A program made the translations under genes and the position numbers. This document shows positions 54,055 to 64,000 of a stretch of DNA of 64,000 nucleotides, piece after piece. Below the pieces are notes generated by a model. The model was not told the DNA's origin and made no database searches. It worked only from the letters and a program-made list of their open reading frames with translations. The DNA comes from Candidatus Peregrinibacteria bacterium (GTDB lineage Bacteria; Patescibacteriota; Gracilibacteria; UBA1369; UM-FILTER-53-11): the NCBI GenBank assembly GCA_016186205.1, contig JACPMA010000016.1, forward strand, positions 30,978 to 94,977, read 5' to 3'. Numbering within the stretch: position 1 is the first letter of the stretch; each line of letters begins with the position of its first letter.

Positions 54055-56038
54055 GCAGGAAACTTAACGCGAGCACGCCGATTGCAATCCAAAGTACGGT
54101 TGAATTTTTTACAGCATTCTGTCCTGTTTGCTCCGGCGCCGGCCGCACATCGTCAATATTTTTCAGCGCGTAGCTTCCATCAATTTCTTTTTCCGCTTGA
54201 ACCGAAATGCCAGCCCCTTCTTTTATGATTGCTTCAGCGGTAAGCGGATCAAGTATTGCTTCATTAAAACGGATTTTTTTAGATTTGCCGTCCGGAGCCG
54301 CTATATCAAAAGACAGATCTCCGCCGGCCAGAAGTTTCGACACGCGGCCGTCGATCTTTTCAAAAACCGGATTTTGCGTTCCGGGCGTCGGCGCATCAAT
54401 CCATTCCCACGCATTTTCATTTTTTTCCCGCAGAGGCAAAGGCTGTGCGCTCGCTACAAGGTCATTTTCATACGCCACGCTGATAAGCGCATAGGAAAAA
54501 TCTTTTTTTGCATCGGCGTACGCAACGGAGTCAAGGACATTTCCCTCAAAATCAGCAAGAAAAACAGTATCGCGGTCATTATTAAGGTTTATTTTCGTAG
54601 CGCCTTTCTGGAATACTGCGTATTTGCCGGGCTTGAGCTCCATGGAATCCGGAATGAGATACGGCGATGAAGTTTTTTTCTCATCCGCAAGCATCCAATT
54701 TCCAAGATTGATTGTTTTGCTTCCGGTATTCTGAATTTCAATCCATTCTGATTGAGGATTTTGCGAAGGAGCAGGAAAAAGCTCCGTGATTTTAATGTCA
54801 GCTGAAAGATCGCCGTTTTTTGATGCATTTTTTTTGGTCCTTTTAGGATTTTTATTTTGCGGATCTTTCTTTGGCGTATTTTTCTTTGGAACAAGTTTCT
54901 GTTTTGTCGGCGGAGCAGCTTCAGAAGGCGCCGACGGTATTGCAAAAACAAAATATCCGCGCAGTTCCGTGGTTCCGGGAGGAAAAATTCCAGGGAAAGG
55001 TAAAGTAGCTGTCTGCTGTGGAAAAGTCGGCGGCAAGGAAAATTGCGGCAAAGGCGTGATTGGAGGAGTTGGTGGCACTGGCGTCATTGGTGCCACGACA
55101 GATTTATTCAGTACTTGTACATACTGGTAATTTTTTCCAGACGCACCGTCTGGGTCTGTTACGGTAAGCGTGACCGTATAAAAACCAGGCACACTGTATT
55201 TATGGAACCCCGGATTTTCCGAATTCGAAGTTGTGCCATCGCCGAAATCCCAGAAAAAATTGAGGCGGTTTCCATCTGGATCAAATGACGCGCGGCCATC
55301 AAAGTTAAGCGTCGTTTCGCCTTGCGCTATGAGCGAACCGCTTTGGATTTGGATAACGGCTTGCGGTGGCGACTGCGGCGTCTGAAGCGGTGGAGGCGGC
55401 GGCGGAGGGGAAGGCGAGGGAGATGGAGATGGAAGTGGAGGCGGCACAGGAGTTGGCTCTGGAAGCGGGACTTCTGCTTCAGTCGATGTTCCTATTTCAA
55501 TAGGAGCCGGTACAGCGGAAATTTCCCTAGCGCGCCCCATGGAATGAGAAGTTGGGTGCGGCGTCCAATTCATCGGTTCGGTCGCTATGCGTTCAAGCGA
55601 TGTGCTAGATCCGGTCTGCGGATAAATGAAACGTTCCAAAAAATTTCCATCAGCATCTTTTATTCCAATTTCTTCGCCTTCTTCTTTAAGCGAACCCCAA
55701 TTTGAATCAAAAAGCGTTCCAATAAATTCCGGATATTTTTGCGCTACGAGATCGGCTTTATTTGCGATGACTGCATATTCATTTGAATCAAGCAAAAAAT
55801 CTCCTCGAAAAACAGAAAGCCCATGATTTGTTTCATCTTCGAAAAATTTCCAGCCGGTTAGATCGATCGACGTTTCACTTTCATTATATATTTCGATCCA
55901 TTCCGTTTCGCTCTGCTCAAACGCGGCGATTTCGGTAATTATAAGAGCCGGCATGGGCGGAACTTCTTCCGCCAGCATAGAAAAAGGATAAAAAATCCAT
56001 AAGAAAAGTACTATAATGGCAAGCAGCTTTTTTTGCAT
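53936..56038 (-). CDS. Secreted lamin-tail-domain (LTD) and PKD-domain protein with a C-terminal TM anchor
   Basis: Start moved to ATG 56038 (MQKKLLAIIVLFLWIF...). Two LTD-like modules (LIITEIAA...EWIEIYNES..IDLTGWKF and IKITELFP...EWIEIQNTGSKTINLGNWML). PKD module (FDGRASFDPDGN..FFWDFGDG...YTVTLTVTD). Poly-Pro linker. The 3' end overlaps thpR by 119 nt. Confidence 0.7.
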   Translation of the reverse strand: MQKKLLAIIVLFLWIFYPFSMLAEEVPPMPALIITEIAAFEQSETEWIEIYNESETSIDLTGWKFFEDETNHGLSVFRGDFLLDSNEYAVIANKADLVAQKYPEFIGTLFDSNWGSLKEEGEEIGIKDADGNFLERFIYPQTGSSTSLERIATEPMNWTPHPTSHSMGRAREISAVPAPIEIGTSTEAEVPLPEPTPVPPPLPSPSPSPSPPPPPPPLQTPQSPPQAVIQIQSGSLIAQGETTLNFDGRASFDPDGNRLNFFWDFGDGTTSNSENPGFHKYSVPGFYTVTLTVTDPDGASGKNYQYVQVLNKSVVAPMTPVPPTPPITPLPQFSLPPTFPQQTATLPFPGIFPPGTTELRGYFVFAIPSAPSEAAPPTKQKLVPKKNTPKKDPQNKNPKRTKKNASKNGDLSADIKITELFPAPSQNPQSEWIEIQNTGSKTINLGNWMLADEKKTSSPYLIPDSMELKPGKYAVFQKGATKINLNNDRDTVFLADFEGNVLDSVAYADAKKDFSYALISVAYENDLVASAQPLPLREKNENAWEWIDAPTPGTQNPVFEKIDGRVSKLLAGGDLSFDIAAPDGKSKKIRFNEAILDPLTAEAIIKEGAGISVQAEKEIDGSYALKNIDDVRPAPEQTGQNAVKNSTVLWIAIGVLALSFLLNGIPLLLALKKWRASRAEYSQKDEIVKPETKSDQRRFF

Positions 56039-56211
56039 AGGAGTGAGAAATTTGATAGAATATAAACGGCAATTGGGAGCGAGTGTAAAACTCCTCTTGG
56101 TAAACAGTTTGTTTGAGACAGGCTGACAATTGCTTGGTGGATCATGCAAGGCTTCAAAAGCCCTGCCCCAGGAGCTCCCCTCAAGAAGAGGAGCTCTTTT
56201 TTTGCCAACAG

Positions 56212-56282
56212 TGGTGGAGCAGATGAGATTTGAACTCATTCAGTCGGATGACAATCCCGACTTAGCTCCTAAGCTCTGCCCC
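56212..56282 (-). tRNA. Atypical compact tRNA-like gene, anticodon UGU (Thr) if the standard 7-nt loop applies
   Basis: GGGGCAG AG CUUA GGAGC UAAG UCGGG AUUGUCA UCCGA CUGA AUGAG UUCAAAU CUCAU CUGCUCC A CCA, 71 nt. Good acceptor, anticodon and T arms, but a 5-nt D loop, A8, and C at position 37. Confidence 0.5.
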
Positions 56283-56759
56283 ACTGTTGGTGCAGCGGAC
56301 CCTAGCACACACTCATGAAATTTTTCTAAACTTTTGATGACACAAAAATCCACCGCAATGGATTTTTGTGCTTCTAGTAAACAAAAACGCCATATCGGAA
56401 TTTAAGAAAAATTTCATTTTTGCTACACTCGTAAATTCCTCTATAAATACGCCCTAAAATGTTTCCAACATCAGTCAACCAAATTTCATAAATTAAATTT
56501 ACAGATCATTTCTCCTTAATCAGCTTCGTTGCCGGTTCCAAGAAAATAAGTTAAACTATAGGTGAACTTTTTATTCTTCTTGAGGTAAGAAATTCGCGAT
56601 TCGTCATCAAGCCCTTATAAAAAATCCCCTTTGATGAAAACTCCATTGGAAAATTGTACGTTCGAAGTTTTGATTTCGAGCTCAAGTCTTGCGCGCTAGA
56701 GCGCGCATTTCCAATGCGGTAAAAATCGCAAACGACCTCAAGGATAACCCTGACTTTCT

Positions 56760-58283
56760 ATGACTACGAATATTATCCTTGTTATTGCTGGACTTGCACT
56801 AGGTACATTCAGCGGTTTTTTCTATCGAAAATATCAAGTTGATACCAAAAATCGCGAGGCGATTGACCGCAGTGAACGGCGCCTCAAAGAAGCAGAAACC
56901 AAAGCGAAAGAAATTTTGCTTGAAGCAAAAAACGCGTCTTTCAAAATTCAAGAAGAAGCGAAACAAGAAGAACGGGCCAAACGCAGCCAGCTCGAAAAAA
57001 TGAGCGAACGCGTCGCTGCAAAAGAAGACCAGCTCGAAAAGAAAATTGAAGCGACCGAAAAACTCCGCGATGAACTTGAGCAGCGCGCGACGCAGGTAAA
57101 ACAGCTCAAACAAGAAGTTGCGGAAATTCATCAACAGCAAAAACTCCAGCTTGAGCGTGTTGCGGGTTTGTCGCGCGAGGAAGCAAAACAAATCCTTTTC
57201 CAAAAAGTTGAGGAAGAATGCAAGGCGGAAATCGTTGAACGCGTGAAAAAGCTTGAAATAGAAGAAAAGAAAATCGCTAAAGAAAAAGCAAAGGCGATTA
57301 TTGCCGATGCGATTCAGCGATATGCCGCGGAAGTGGCAGTAGAATCAACCGCAACCATGGTGCCGCTTCCGAGCGACGATATGAAGGGCCGCATTATAGG
57401 AAAAGAAGGCCGTAATATTAATACATTTGAGCAAGTCACCGGCGTTGATGTTATTGTGGATGATACGCCGGGTTCCATTGTAATTTCCGGTTTTGATTTG
57501 ATGCGCCGCTACATTGCAAAAATAACTCTGGAAAAACTTGTGGCAGATGGTCGCATCCATCCGGGACGCATAGAGGAAATGTACGAAAAAGTGAAAGGCG
57601 AGGCGAATGAATTGATTCGTGAACTTGGAGAAAAAGCCGCATATGAAACCGGCGTAGTCGGACTGCCGGTAAATTTGCTCAAGCTCCTCGGCCGGCTTAA
57701 GTTCCGTACGAGTTACGGCCAAAATGTTTTGAAGCATTCCATTGAGGTTTCATTTTTAGCCGGCGCGCTTGCGCAGGAAATCGGCGCAGACAGCGGAATT
57801 TGCCGGAAAGCGGGGCTTCTTCACGACATCGGTAAAGCGGTTGATCACGAAATCACCGGCAATCATGCGATTATCGGCCGCGATATTTTGAAGAAATTCG
57901 CGATAGCGGATGAAATTATTCACGCGGTCGAAGCGCACCACGGCGATCCGGTTCCGCAGACTATTGAAGCGGCGATCGTCGAGGCTGCAAATATCATTTC
58001 ACGCTCGCGGCCAGGCGCAAATAAAGATAACCTTGATACTTTTATTAAGCGCATGGAAGAAATGGAAAATGTCGTGCGGAGTTTTGACGGGGTTTCCCGC
58101 GTGTTTGCCGTGCAAGCCGGGAACGAAGTGCGCGTGATTGTGAATCCTGAAAAAGTCGATGATCTCGCTATGCTCAAGCTTGCCCATGCAATCGCAAAAA
58201 AGATCCAAACAGATTTGAAGTATCCCGGACAAGTGAAGGTGAGCGTTCTGCGCGAGGTGAGGGGAGAAGCATTTGCACAATAG
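56760..58283 (+). CDS. rny: Ribonuclease Y
   Basis: N-terminal TM helix, long coiled coil, KH domain (GRIIGKEGRNI) and HD domain (LLHDIGKA...EAHH). Confidence 0.9.
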   Translation: MTTNIILVIAGLALGTFSGFFYRKYQVDTKNREAIDRSERRLKEAETKAKEILLEAKNASFKIQEEAKQEERAKRSQLEKMSERVAAKEDQLEKKIEATEKLRDELEQRATQVKQLKQEVAEIHQQQKLQLERVAGLSREEAKQILFQKVEEECKAEIVERVKKLEIEEKKIAKEKAKAIIADAIQRYAAEVAVESTATMVPLPSDDMKGRIIGKEGRNINTFEQVTGVDVIVDDTPGSIVISGFDLMRRYIAKITLEKLVADGRIHPGRIEEMYEKVKGEANELIRELGEKAAYETGVVGLPVNLLKLLGRLKFRTSYGQNVLKHSIEVSFLAGALAQEIGADSGICRKAGLLHDIGKAVDHEITGNHAIIGRDILKKFAIADEIIHAVEAHHGDPVPQTIEAAIVEAANIISRSRPGANKDNLDTFIKRMEEMENVVRSFDGVSRVFAVQAGNEVRVIVNPEKVDDLAMLKLAHAIAKKIQTDLKYPGQVKVSVLREVRGEAFAQ

Positions 58284-58321
58284 TGCAGGAATTTTGTCAA
58301 GTAATCTTTTTTGGCTTTAAC

Positions 58322-58349
58322 TTGACGCTTATTTTGAGATGGCTATACT
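58322..58349 (+). promoter_or_regulatory. Sigma-70-type promoter of the groES operon
   Basis: TTGACG (58322-58327), 16-nt spacer, TATACT (58344-58349). Confidence 0.6.
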
Positions 58350-58374
58350 AGCACTCGCTTATTGAAAGTGCTAA
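58348..58374 (+). promoter_or_regulatory. CIRCE operator (HrcA binding site)
   Basis: CTAGCACTC-N9-AAGTGCTAA against the consensus TTAGCACTC-N9-GAGTGCTAA (2 mismatches). Overlaps the -10 element upstream of groES. Confidence 0.8.
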
Positions 58375-58376
58375 CA

Positions 58377-58430
58377 GGCGCGAGTGAAGCGAGTGCCTAA
58401 GCAAATAACGCGCCCGAAGGGCGCAACCTT
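58377..58430. repeat. Intergenic copy of the repeat family in the groES leader
   Basis: GGCGCGAGTGAAGCGAGTGCCTAAGCAAATAACGCGCCCGAAGGGCGCAACCTT. Contains the hairpin GCGCCC-GAA-GGGCGC. Non-coding here (in-frame TAA). Confidence 0.75.
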
Positions 58431-58463
58431 GTATCCTTAATATCCTTTAACTCTTTAATTTAT

Positions 58464-58805
58464 ATGGCAGACGCAAAAACTACTCTGGATAAAAAGTTTG
58501 AGGATTTCCTCAAAAAACTCCGTCCGATGGATGATCGGATTTTAATTGAACCTGTTGAAGAAGAGACAGCCACCACGTCTTTTGGCCTTGTTCTTCCGGA
58601 TACCGCCTCAAAAGAAAAGCCTCAAAAAGGTAGAGTTGTTGCCGTTGGTCCTGGCAAGTTTTCTGAAGATGGAAAGCGTATGGCCATGAGTGTGAAACCG
58701 GGCGATACGGTTCTTTATACAAAGTATGGTCCGACCGAAGTGAAGATCGAAGGTAAAGAGATTTTCTTCATTCAGGAATCCGACGTTTTGGCGGTCGTTG
58801 CTTAA
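58464..58805 (+). CDS. groES: Co-chaperonin GroES with an N-terminal extension of about 17 aa
   Basis: KLRPMDDRILIEPVEEE...GLVLPDTA...KGRVVAVGPG...GDTVLYTKYG matches GroES. 113 aa, against the usual length of about 95. Confidence 0.85.
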   Translation: MADAKTTLDKKFEDFLKKLRPMDDRILIEPVEEETATTSFGLVLPDTASKEKPQKGRVVAVGPGKFSEDGKRMAMSVKPGDTVLYTKYGPTEVKIEGKEIFFIQESDVLAVVA

Positions 58806-58835
58806 TATCATATAACTTTTAACTTTCTTCATTAT

Positions 58836-59201
58836 ATGAGAGTAGAATTTCAAACTGCGGACCTCGCAAAGCATGTAGGCGGCGAAAAAAAAGGAGAAGC
58901 TGTTGATTTAAAACAAACTTCGGCATGGGTAATTCATTTTGCTGGGCTCCTTACAGCTCAACTAAGAGTTGCTTTAGGTCATCCTAAAGAGAGCGCTCCA
59001 GGATCGGTTTTGGTAACGGCTAGAAAAGAGCAGAGCACTGATGATGCTGCTACTGCTGGGGTTGTCCTTGAAATTGATGCGGAAACAAGCGGCACTCGTG
59101 AAACCGACTGGAAGTTTCAAACCGTTGATCCTCCACCGGCTCAATTAGTAAGTATACTTACCGAAAAATTCGGCGGGAGAATTTTGGACCAAGCCGCCTA
59201 A
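58836..59201 (+). CDS. Hypothetical protein encoded between groES and groEL
   Basis: 121-aa ORF that fills the gap between groES and groEL on the same strand. No family recognised. Confidence 0.4.
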   Translation: MRVEFQTADLAKHVGGEKKGEAVDLKQTSAWVIHFAGLLTAQLRVALGHPKESAPGSVLVTARKEQSTDDAATAGVVLEIDAETSGTRETDWKFQTVDPPPAQLVSILTEKFGGRILDQAA

Positions 59202-60887
<1,686 letters not shown>

Positions 60888-60939
60888 CGCGAGTCCCGCC
60901 GCGGCGGACGAGCGCTTAATTCTTTAGCCACATAAAATT

Positions 60940-61152
60940 ATGCATGGACAAACACCGGCAGAAGAAGCAAATACTTTTGTTCGAGAATATCTCGATGAAT
61001 ATCAGCGACGTAATGGTACAGCAGAAGGCGCTCCTTCATTAGAGCTACATTTAGTGAGAGTACCTTCTCATCTGAGAGATGAAGTGGGTAAAAGTATCAG
61101 AGCAGCCCTTAGAACTAGACACACATGGGGTGATCCAGGTCTTTGCTACTAA
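60940..61152 (+). CDS. Small hypothetical protein
   Basis: 70-aa ORF only. No family recognised. Confidence 0.3.
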   Translation: MHGQTPAEEANTFVREYLDEYQRRNGTAEGAPSLELHLVRVPSHLRDEVGKSIRAALRTRHTWGDPGLCY

Positions 61153-61232
61153 GCCGCCAAAATTTCTGTTCGCCTACGGCGCGGGTTCCGCCACAAGGCA
61201 CAATACGCATTTTGCGTCTCACTTATTGCTTC

Positions 61233-61460
61233 ATGGCAGGCATAGAAAAACACCATAGACCGAGGAAGGGCGACTCAGTAGGCTGGCATGTGCCATTTGG
61301 AGCAGGACATCAGTTTGGCGGACCGAATGCTTTTGGCAGAATAGATTCTATTGATAGAAAAGCCGGAACAGTTCATATCGGTTCTCTTGTTCAGCAAATT
61401 ACTGATTTACGTCGCAGTACTGGACAAACCGCAATGTGGGTTCTGAAAGATCCACAATAA
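61233..61460 (+). CDS. Small hypothetical protein
   Basis: Internal ATG (MAGIEKHH...) of the 105-aa ORF 61143..61460. No family recognised. Confidence 0.3.
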   Translation: MAGIEKHHRPRKGDSVGWHVPFGAGHQFGGPNAFGRIDSIDRKAGTVHIGSLVQQITDLRRSTGQTAMWVLKDPQ

Positions 61461-61605
61461 TGTAAAAGCGCGTCAGGCTACGCAAAGCCGCTAGCTCATA
61501 TTTACAAACGCCAGACTTTTCAACGTACTCTGCGACAATCCGTTTTTTCAGCCAGTTAAAAAACTTGATTTTTACAGGTTGATATGCGAGCCTATACTCA
61601 TATTC

Positions 61606-62703
61606 ATGGAAAATATTGAAAAATTGGGTGACCGCGAACTATACGCAAAATGCCAACTTTATGGCAGTAATGCGCGTCAATGGGCGAAAAAGTTCGCCGC
61701 GCTTTTGCCGGAAGTCGATAAGCGGCAACTCTACAAAAAACACGGATTTTATTCCATTTTCGAATTTGCGGCAAAACTGGCGGGTATGGGACGCGAGACA
61801 GTCGTTGATATCTTATGGGTTGCTCGTAAATTGCAGGACAAACCTATTCTCAAGGCGCAAATGGAGGAGCAGGGATGGGCAAAATTAAGGGTGGTAGCAA
61901 ATGTAGCTACTATAGAAAATCAAAAAATTCTGGCGGAAAAAGTAAAAATTATGTCTAAGCCAACACTTGAAACTTTCATAAAAGAGTTAAGGCAACAAAA
62001 TCATGAGCTCGTCCAAAGTCGTCCTGGGACGGCGAAAAAACATGAAACCTTAGCGATTTCTCAAAATGCAATGAGTGGGGAGGTGCCTACCCCGCCGCGA
62101 ATTTCCGTGCGCATTCCGCTCAAGCCAAAAACAGAGCTTCGATTGCGCGAACTCCAGAAAAAACTTTCCAAAATGGCGCATGGGCCGGTTGATTTTAACG
62201 AAGTCTTGGAAACGCTTTTGGATACTTATGCCGCAGTCAAAACTGGTGCACTGGAGGCAAAAGAGGAGCAGGCACAGAGCCTGTCGCAACTCGAAGAAAT
62301 AGCTAAAGAAAAGGAACAAAGACTTCAGCAGTTCGAGGCACAGGCCAAAGAAAAGGTCTATAAACTCGCAAATTCGCCGCCATCGCGTCACATTCCCGCT
62401 GTTATCAAAAAATTCTTATCAGCAAAATTTAAAGGTCGATGCGCATACAAAGGCTGCATGAAATTGCCGAAAATTTTTCATCATACGCGTCGTTTTGCCC
62501 TCAACCAAAGCCATAATCCAGATTTTCTAATGCCGCTCTGCAAGGAGCATGAGCGCCTTGCGCACCTTGGCCTCATAGATAATGAAGAAAAAACGCCAGA
62601 CTTTTGGCGGACCCAAATTTTTCCAAATACAAATTCCCCAAAATATACGATTGATAAAATTGTAAACAGCTATCGCGGCGCGGTGTGCGCACTAGGTGGT
62701 TAA
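61606..62703 (+). CDS. HNH endonuclease domain protein (DUF222-like architecture)
   Basis: Start at ATG 61606 (MENIEKLGDREL...). C-terminal HNH: CAYKGCMKLPKIFHHTRRFALNQSHNPDFLMPLCKEHERLAH. Confidence 0.7.
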   Translation: MENIEKLGDRELYAKCQLYGSNARQWAKKFAALLPEVDKRQLYKKHGFYSIFEFAAKLAGMGRETVVDILWVARKLQDKPILKAQMEEQGWAKLRVVANVATIENQKILAEKVKIMSKPTLETFIKELRQQNHELVQSRPGTAKKHETLAISQNAMSGEVPTPPRISVRIPLKPKTELRLRELQKKLSKMAHGPVDFNEVLETLLDTYAAVKTGALEAKEEQAQSLSQLEEIAKEKEQRLQQFEAQAKEKVYKLANSPPSRHIPAVIKKFLSAKFKGRCAYKGCMKLPKIFHHTRRFALNQSHNPDFLMPLCKEHERLAHLGLIDNEEKTPDFWRTQIFPNTNSPKYTIDKIVNSYRGAVCALGG

Positions 62704-62764
62704 AGCCAAGGGTCTCGCCATACGACAGGCCTATAAGAATTTTCAGGCGAATGTTTTTCTGTTT

Positions 62765-62773
62765 TGGTATAAT
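62765..62773 (+). promoter_or_regulatory. Extended -10 promoter element (TGGTATAAT) 8 nt upstream of the ATG
   Basis: TGGTATAAT-GGTTTTTG-ATG. Same module as at 42685-42704. Confidence 0.4.
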
Positions 62774-62781
62774 GGTTTTTG

Positions 62782-63126
62782 ATGCATGATATAAAAATTC
62801 CTAATTCTGGATCCGGAAGCGCTCCTAGCAAGAAATCTGATTTTGAGGTGACGCATGTGGGTGCCGCGGAAGCGAAATCCCAAGAACCGGGCGAAAGAGT
62901 GAAAGTGAAGTTTGAGAAATTTGTGCAGCTTGTGGCAACCCACGATTTTGAGGAGGTTATGAAGCGCCACGCGGAGGAGGATATTATTTTGAGTACCAAT
63001 TTGCTTACCGATTTAGCAAATGCACACGAAGAAGAACAGCCCGAGTCCGGAAAGAAGCTTCCGATCGTCCTTATTATAGGCATTATTATCGGGGTGGTGC
63101 TGACTTATCTAGTTATAAGATTTTAA
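62782..63126 (+). CDS. Small tail-anchored membrane protein
   Basis: ATG at 62782. Charged N-terminal part and a C-terminal TM helix (IVLIIGIIIGVVLTYLVI). Its stop abuts the pyrH start. Confidence 0.5.
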   Translation: MHDIKIPNSGSGSAPSKKSDFEVTHVGAAEAKSQEPGERVKVKFEKFVQLVATHDFEEVMKRHAEEDIILSTNLLTDLANAHEEEQPESGKKLPIVLIIGIIIGVVLTYLVIRF

Positions 63127-63840
63127 ATGACAAAACCGAAATATAAGCGAATCATGCTCAAGCTCTCCGGTGAAGTACTCCTCGGGCACCGCGGAAGCGG
63201 CATCGATCATAAAATTTTAGAAGGATTGTGCCGGGAGATTGTGGAGGTGAAAAAATTGGGAGCGCAGATCGTCATTGTTATCGGCGGCGGAAATATTTGG
63301 CGGTATCGCGATTTTAAAGAAACCGGCATAGAGCGCGTTACTTCCGACAATATCGGCATGCTGGCGACGATTATGAACGCTACTGCCATGCAGAGTATGT
63401 TTGAGAAACTCGGCGTTGATTGCAGAGTTGCGAGCGCGATTGATATTCCGCAAATTGCAGAGCCGTATCTTCGCCGGAAAGTTATTCGGCACCTCGAAAA
63501 AGGCCGCATTGTAATTTGTGCCGGAGGAACTGGAAGTCCCTTTTTCACAACTGATTCTGCAGCCGCGCTGCGTGCGCTTGAGACGAATTGCGATGTGCTT
63601 TTAAAGGCTACGAACGTGGAAGGCGTTTATAATAAAGATCCGGATAAATTTAAAAACGCAAAGAAATTCAGCGAGCTTACATACCACGAAGTGCTTGAAA
63701 TGGATCTTGAATTTATGGATCAGGCTGCGGTTTCGCTCTGCAAAGAAAGTTCCGTTCCGATTATGGTGTTTAATTTGAAAAAGCGCGGTAATATTAAGCG
63801 TGCCGTGCTCGGAGAAAAAACAGGAACCATCATCCACTAA
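63127..63840 (+). CDS. pyrH: UMP kinase
   Basis: KRIMLKLSGE, VIGGGNIWR, and GTGSPFFTTDSAAALRA motifs. Confidence 0.9.
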   Translation: MTKPKYKRIMLKLSGEVLLGHRGSGIDHKILEGLCREIVEVKKLGAQIVIVIGGGNIWRYRDFKETGIERVTSDNIGMLATIMNATAMQSMFEKLGVDCRVASAIDIPQIAEPYLRRKVIRHLEKGRIVICAGGTGSPFFTTDSAAALRALETNCDVLLKATNVEGVYNKDPDKFKNAKKFSELTYHEVLEMDLEFMDQAAVSLCKESSVPIMVFNLKKRGNIKRAVLGEKTGTIIH

Positions 63841-63857
63841 CCATTCACTACTGTCCT

Positions 63858-64000
63858 ATGCCAACAACTCAACAACATATCGATGCGGCCAATCAGGAAT
63901 TTCAAAAATCGCTCCAGCACCTTAAAAGCGAATTTTCCCGTCTTCAAATAGGACGCGCTTCGCCGGCGCTTGTGGAAGAGCTTAAAGTGGAGGCTTATGG
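63858..64000 (+). CDS. frr: Ribosome recycling factor, 5' fragment (continues beyond the window)
   Basis: MPTTQQHIDAANQEFQKSLQHLKSEFSRLQIGRASPALVEELKVEAYG is the typical Frr N-terminus. Canonical pyrH-frr order. Confidence 0.8.
   Translation, partial: MPTTQQHIDAANQEFQKSLQHLKSEFSRLQIGRASPALVEELKVEAY

Noticed and set aside
56171-56203. Strong plus-strand intrinsic-terminator-like hairpin (GGAGCTCC...GGAGCTCT plus T7)
   Set aside because: There is no plus-strand gene within 2 kb upstream, and it lies between the minus-strand tRNA-like gene and the LTD gene. It might end an unannotated small RNA or antisense transcript, but that cannot be supported from sequence alone.

Overview
Gene-dense 64-kb stretch of a compact bacterial chromosome. 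The gene content suggests a Patescibacteria/CPR-like organism, but this is inference only: many membrane-anchored or secreted hypotheticals, giant repeat proteins, a lamin-tail-domain protein, a C39-like peptidase, and G-poor leaders without Shine-Dalgarno sequences. Recognisable housekeeping genes are a PNP-family phosphorylase, an ECF sigma factor, glnA, a DEAD-box helicase, ssb, gmk, deoB, murJ, thpR/ligT-like, rny, groES/groEL with a CIRCE operator, pyrH, the frr 5' end, and tRNA-Gln. The main accessory feature is a visibly A+T-rich element of about 10.2 kb (21889-32100) next to a tRNA gene. It carries a split HipA-like kinase pair, a type III R-M system, a winged-helix protein, a SpoVG-like protein, a Rep-like protein and a large serine recombinase. 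Observations most worth a second look: (1) a tRNA-Asn(GUU) gene interrupted by a 239-nt group I intron, which is also the apparent integration target. (2) A 129-aa Hint (intein-like) domain in the bait region of a 1768-aa alpha-2-macroglobulin homologue that is translationally coupled to the ECF sigma factor. (3) A short repeat family found in frame inside three exported-protein genes and once in the groESL leader, with one copy flanked by a 14-bp direct repeat. (4) Two very long palindromes that exactly fill convergent intergenic gaps. (5) Two GC-rich, highly structured non-coding regions of unknown identity. No rRNA genes or CRISPR arrays were seen. All calls come from reading the sequence and the ORF track; no searches were run.
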